This document shows, one piece after another, positions 61,169 to 64,000 of a stretch of DNA of 64,000 nt; position 1 is the stretch's first letter, and each line of letters opens with the position of its first letter. This DNA is from Malacoraja senta (Eukaryota). Below the pieces are notes generated by a model, which made no database searches, was not told where the DNA came from, and worked only from the letters and a program-made list of their open reading frames with translations. Made by a program: the position numbers and the translations under genes. The stretch spans positions 14,820,001 through 14,884,000 of the forward strand of contig CM075988.1 in NCBI GenBank assembly GCA_038087875.1, read 5' to 3'.

Positions 61169-62844
61169 TCTATATTACTAAAAGTAAGATCTTGACCGCT
61201 TTTGGCTCGCTGTGCTGTGATTTCCGAGAGAACTCCGCCACCTACGGCCGTCATTTTTGGCCACCTTGCTCAGAGCCCCCCTCCGCCTGCCAGGACTGGA
61301 GGATTTTTCCCATCGATGAACAATCAGAGATATATTCATGTTTTTAAAAATTTTGCCATTCTCTCTGCTGCCCCTGCTGGTGGGAGGGGGGAGGGACTAT
61401 AACACCCGGAAGTGGTGTGCCTCACTCAGTCTCTGCAAGATGGAGGAACTGAGAGGTTCACGTCTCTCTGAGCTCTGAATAACACTGAACACATGTCTAC
61501 TCAACAGTGAGTGCCCTTAATGTGGTTTGAAAATGAAAATATGGTTGGTTTGAAGTAAAAAGGCAGTGCAAAGAGTTGTTTGGTTTTTTTGGGGGTTGAA
61601 GTAAAAAGGCAGTGCAAATGGTTGTTTGGGGGGGGGGTTGGGGTTGAAGTAAAAAGGCAGTGCAAATGGTTGTTTGGGGGGTTTTGGGGTTGAAGTAAAA
61701 AGGCAGTGCAAATGGTTGTTTGGGGGGGAGGGTTTGGGTTGAAGTAAAAAGGCAGTGCAAATGGTTGTTTGGGGGGGTTTTGGGTTGAAGTAAAAAGGCA
61801 GTGCAAATGGTTGTTTGGGGGGTTTGGGGGTTGAAGTAAAAAGGCAGTGCAAATGGTTGTTCGGGGGGGTTTGGGTTGAAGTAAAAAGGCAGTGCAAATG
61901 GTTGTTCAGGGGGGGTTTGGGTTGAAGTAAAAAGGCAGTGCAAATGGTTGTTTGGGGGGGGGTTGGGTTGAAGTAAAAAGGCAGTGCAAATGGTTGTTTG
62001 GGGGGGGTTGGGTTGAAGTAAAAAGGCAGTGCAAATGGTTGTTTGGTTTTTTTGGGGGTTGAAGTAAAAAGGCAGTGCAAATGGTTGTTTGGGGGGGGGT
62101 TTGGATTGAAGTAAAAAGGCAGTGCAAATGGTTGTTTGGGGGGGGTGGGTTGAAGTAAAAAGGCAGTGCAAATGGTTGTTTGGGGGGGTGGGTTGAAGTA
62201 AAAAGGCAGTGCAAATGGTTGTTTGTTTTTTTTTGGGGTTGAAGTAAAAAGGCAGTGCAAATGGATGTTGGGGGGGTTTGGGTTGAAGTAAAAAGGAAGT
62301 GCAAATGGTTGTTTGGGGGGGGTGTTGGGTTGAAGTAAAAGGCAGTGCAAATGGTTGTTTGGCTAAACTTGACAACTTCCTGTTTGCACTACATTGATTT
62401 TAGATGAACCTGAATTTGGTGGCCTTGCACCCTGCTTGAAGTGGTATGAAACTGCACTTGAAATTTGTGGCCTTGCACCCTGCTTGAAATGGTAGGAAAA
62501 TGGATTTGAATTTGGTGCCCTAGCACTCCGCTTGAAATGTAATTTCAAGGAATAGCCGTGAGTCAACTGCCAGCCCACCAGCCGTGAGTGAGCTGCCAGC
62601 ACATCAAGCTTCAGGGACTGAGCTGCCACCCCAAGAATCCATTTGGCCCACAATGTCCATACTAACCCTCTGGAGACCAGTAGTCCCTGCAGCCAACAAC
62701 ACCCATACCAGCACTCCAGAAAGCCCCCGCCCCCCCCCCCCCCACTGGCCACCAATATTGGAATTGGTGGAGAGGTGGAATATTGCGTTGGGGGACCAGC
62801 CCTCCCGTGTGAACATGGGACCCAACGGGTCCCACTTAGTCTAG
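61169..62844 (+). mobile_element. Complete non-autonomous Helitron with a G-rich satellite
   Basis: A|TC start, hairpin tgggaccc-aac-gggtccca (62816-62834), CTAG|T end, no TSD. Inserted into a minus-strand Rex1-type 3' tail. Confidence 0.9.
61545..62362. repeat. About 44-bp G-rich minisatellite, roughly 18 copies
   Basis: Unit gttgaagtaaaaaggcagtgcaaatggttgttt(g)n-ttggg. Confidence 0.97.
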
Positions 62845-63557
62845 TACATTATTACAATCGAGCTGTCCACAGTTTACAGATACACCATAACAGGTTTGTG
62901 AATGTTGACTTTGTGTTCTTACACTTCTCTGCCCACTTCTTGGGTACTTGGTATGCCTTCCTCTTGCACGCTTGTTTCTTTTATTGAAACAAAAAATTGC
63001 AAATGCTGTAAATCTGGAAGCAAAACAGAAAAAGCTGGAGGCACCCGTCAGGCTAAACAGCATCAGCAGAAGGAGAAACAAAAGATTGGCTTTTCGGGTC
63101 AAGGAACTTCAACAGAACTGGACAGGTCAGCAAACAGGTGCGCCTTATGTTGCAGAGTGGGGGAGCGGCAGAGGGAATGGCTGTGATAGGGCACAGGCTA
63201 AAGTTTTTAAATTGAAATAGGCAGATCGAGCCACATCTGTGGGGACAGAAAAAAGAAAAGGGGTAGTTGTCCAGTAATGAGTCCAATACGGGTTGCAACG
63301 TGCCAGACTAATATGAGGTGCTGACCCTAAGCTTATGATGGGCATGGTTGGAGAATTATAGGAGGCCAAAAAACAGAGAGCCAGTGTCAGAGAGATGGAG
63401 AATTAAAGAGACAGACAGCTGGAAGCTCAGGGTGGCCTTTTGGAGGTAATATGCAAAGTGATCACCGGGTCTGCTTTTGAAGAGAACACCATATTGTGAT
63501 GCTGTAAACCAATGGGGTTTTTTGTGGACGAGAATGTGCTGCTATGCATCTTTAATT

Positions 63558-63735
63558 CTTCTTATCGAGTCCACTTCACAAGATAGAAATTATTCAGCCA
63601 GAGCTGAACATACTTCTCGGCATCTGCATACAATGGTGTCAGTCTTGCTTCTTGTGCTTCTTGTGCTTCTTGTGCGTGGTGGTGGGAAGATTGGTGGAAA
63701 CAGGGCCGCGACGTGAACGCTCTTTCCTTGACCCC
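63558..63735 (-). mobile_element. Short ribozyme-headed retroposon, copy 2
   Basis: 178 bp with the same 5' start as copy 1, an imperfect TSD a(t/c)ctttaatt (63548-63557 and 63737-63746) and an AAG tail. Confidence 0.85.
63684..63735 (-). ncRNA. Minimal HDV-like ribozyme, predicted (copy 2)
   Basis: Identical to copy 1 except for one P2 mismatch (UCUUCCC). Confidence 0.75.
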
Positions 63736-64000
63736 AACCTTTAATTAAACCAATGTGCCACACATCGAGAAACCGAAATAACCTGTTTGTGGTGTTGGTA
63801 CGTTGTATCAGCAGGTACTATCACTAAATAAAGCATTGCTGTAAACTAATTTGGATCAAAGGTAAGAGAATTACTGCTTCAACTGGAAGGAATGTTTAGA
63901 TCCCTGAATGGTGGGAAGGAAAGAGTTAAAAAGGTTTCTGGTTTACCAGCCCTGACGAAGGGTCCTTGACCTGAAGAGTCAATACTGTTTCTCTACCCCT

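Noticed and set aside
61497..62375. Long repetitive ORFs and a CRISPR-like repeat/spacer appearance
   Set aside because: This is a eukaryotic minisatellite. The spacers are short G/T homopolymer variants and there are no cas genes.

Overview
This window looks like transposon-dense, probably intronic or intergenic DNA from a cartilaginous fish (skate/ray-like). That assignment is inferred from HE1/V-SINE-type SINEs, HER1/CR1 LINEs and elasmobranch-type Penelope pLTRs. No host gene could be named. The main elements are a full-length but decayed DIRS1-type tyrosine-recombinase retrotransposon (9444-14131), two long CR1 copies that share one in-frame stop, three non-autonomous Helitrons (two carrying satellite arrays), nested Harbinger-like MITEs, and many Penelope-derived fold-back elements with target-site duplications (TSDs). 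The most striking signals are RNA structures. (1) A short TSD-flanked retroposon, present twice (8390-8537 and 63558-63735, minus strand), begins exactly with a minimal 52-nt HDV/CPEB3-like ribozyme fold. (2) An internally deleted Hero-like element (about 16930-17385) has, in its 3' part, all hammerhead core elements in a non-canonical strand order. (3) Minimal hammerhead motifs occur in the Penelope pLTR elements. All family names and structures come from reading by eye; nothing was computed or searched.
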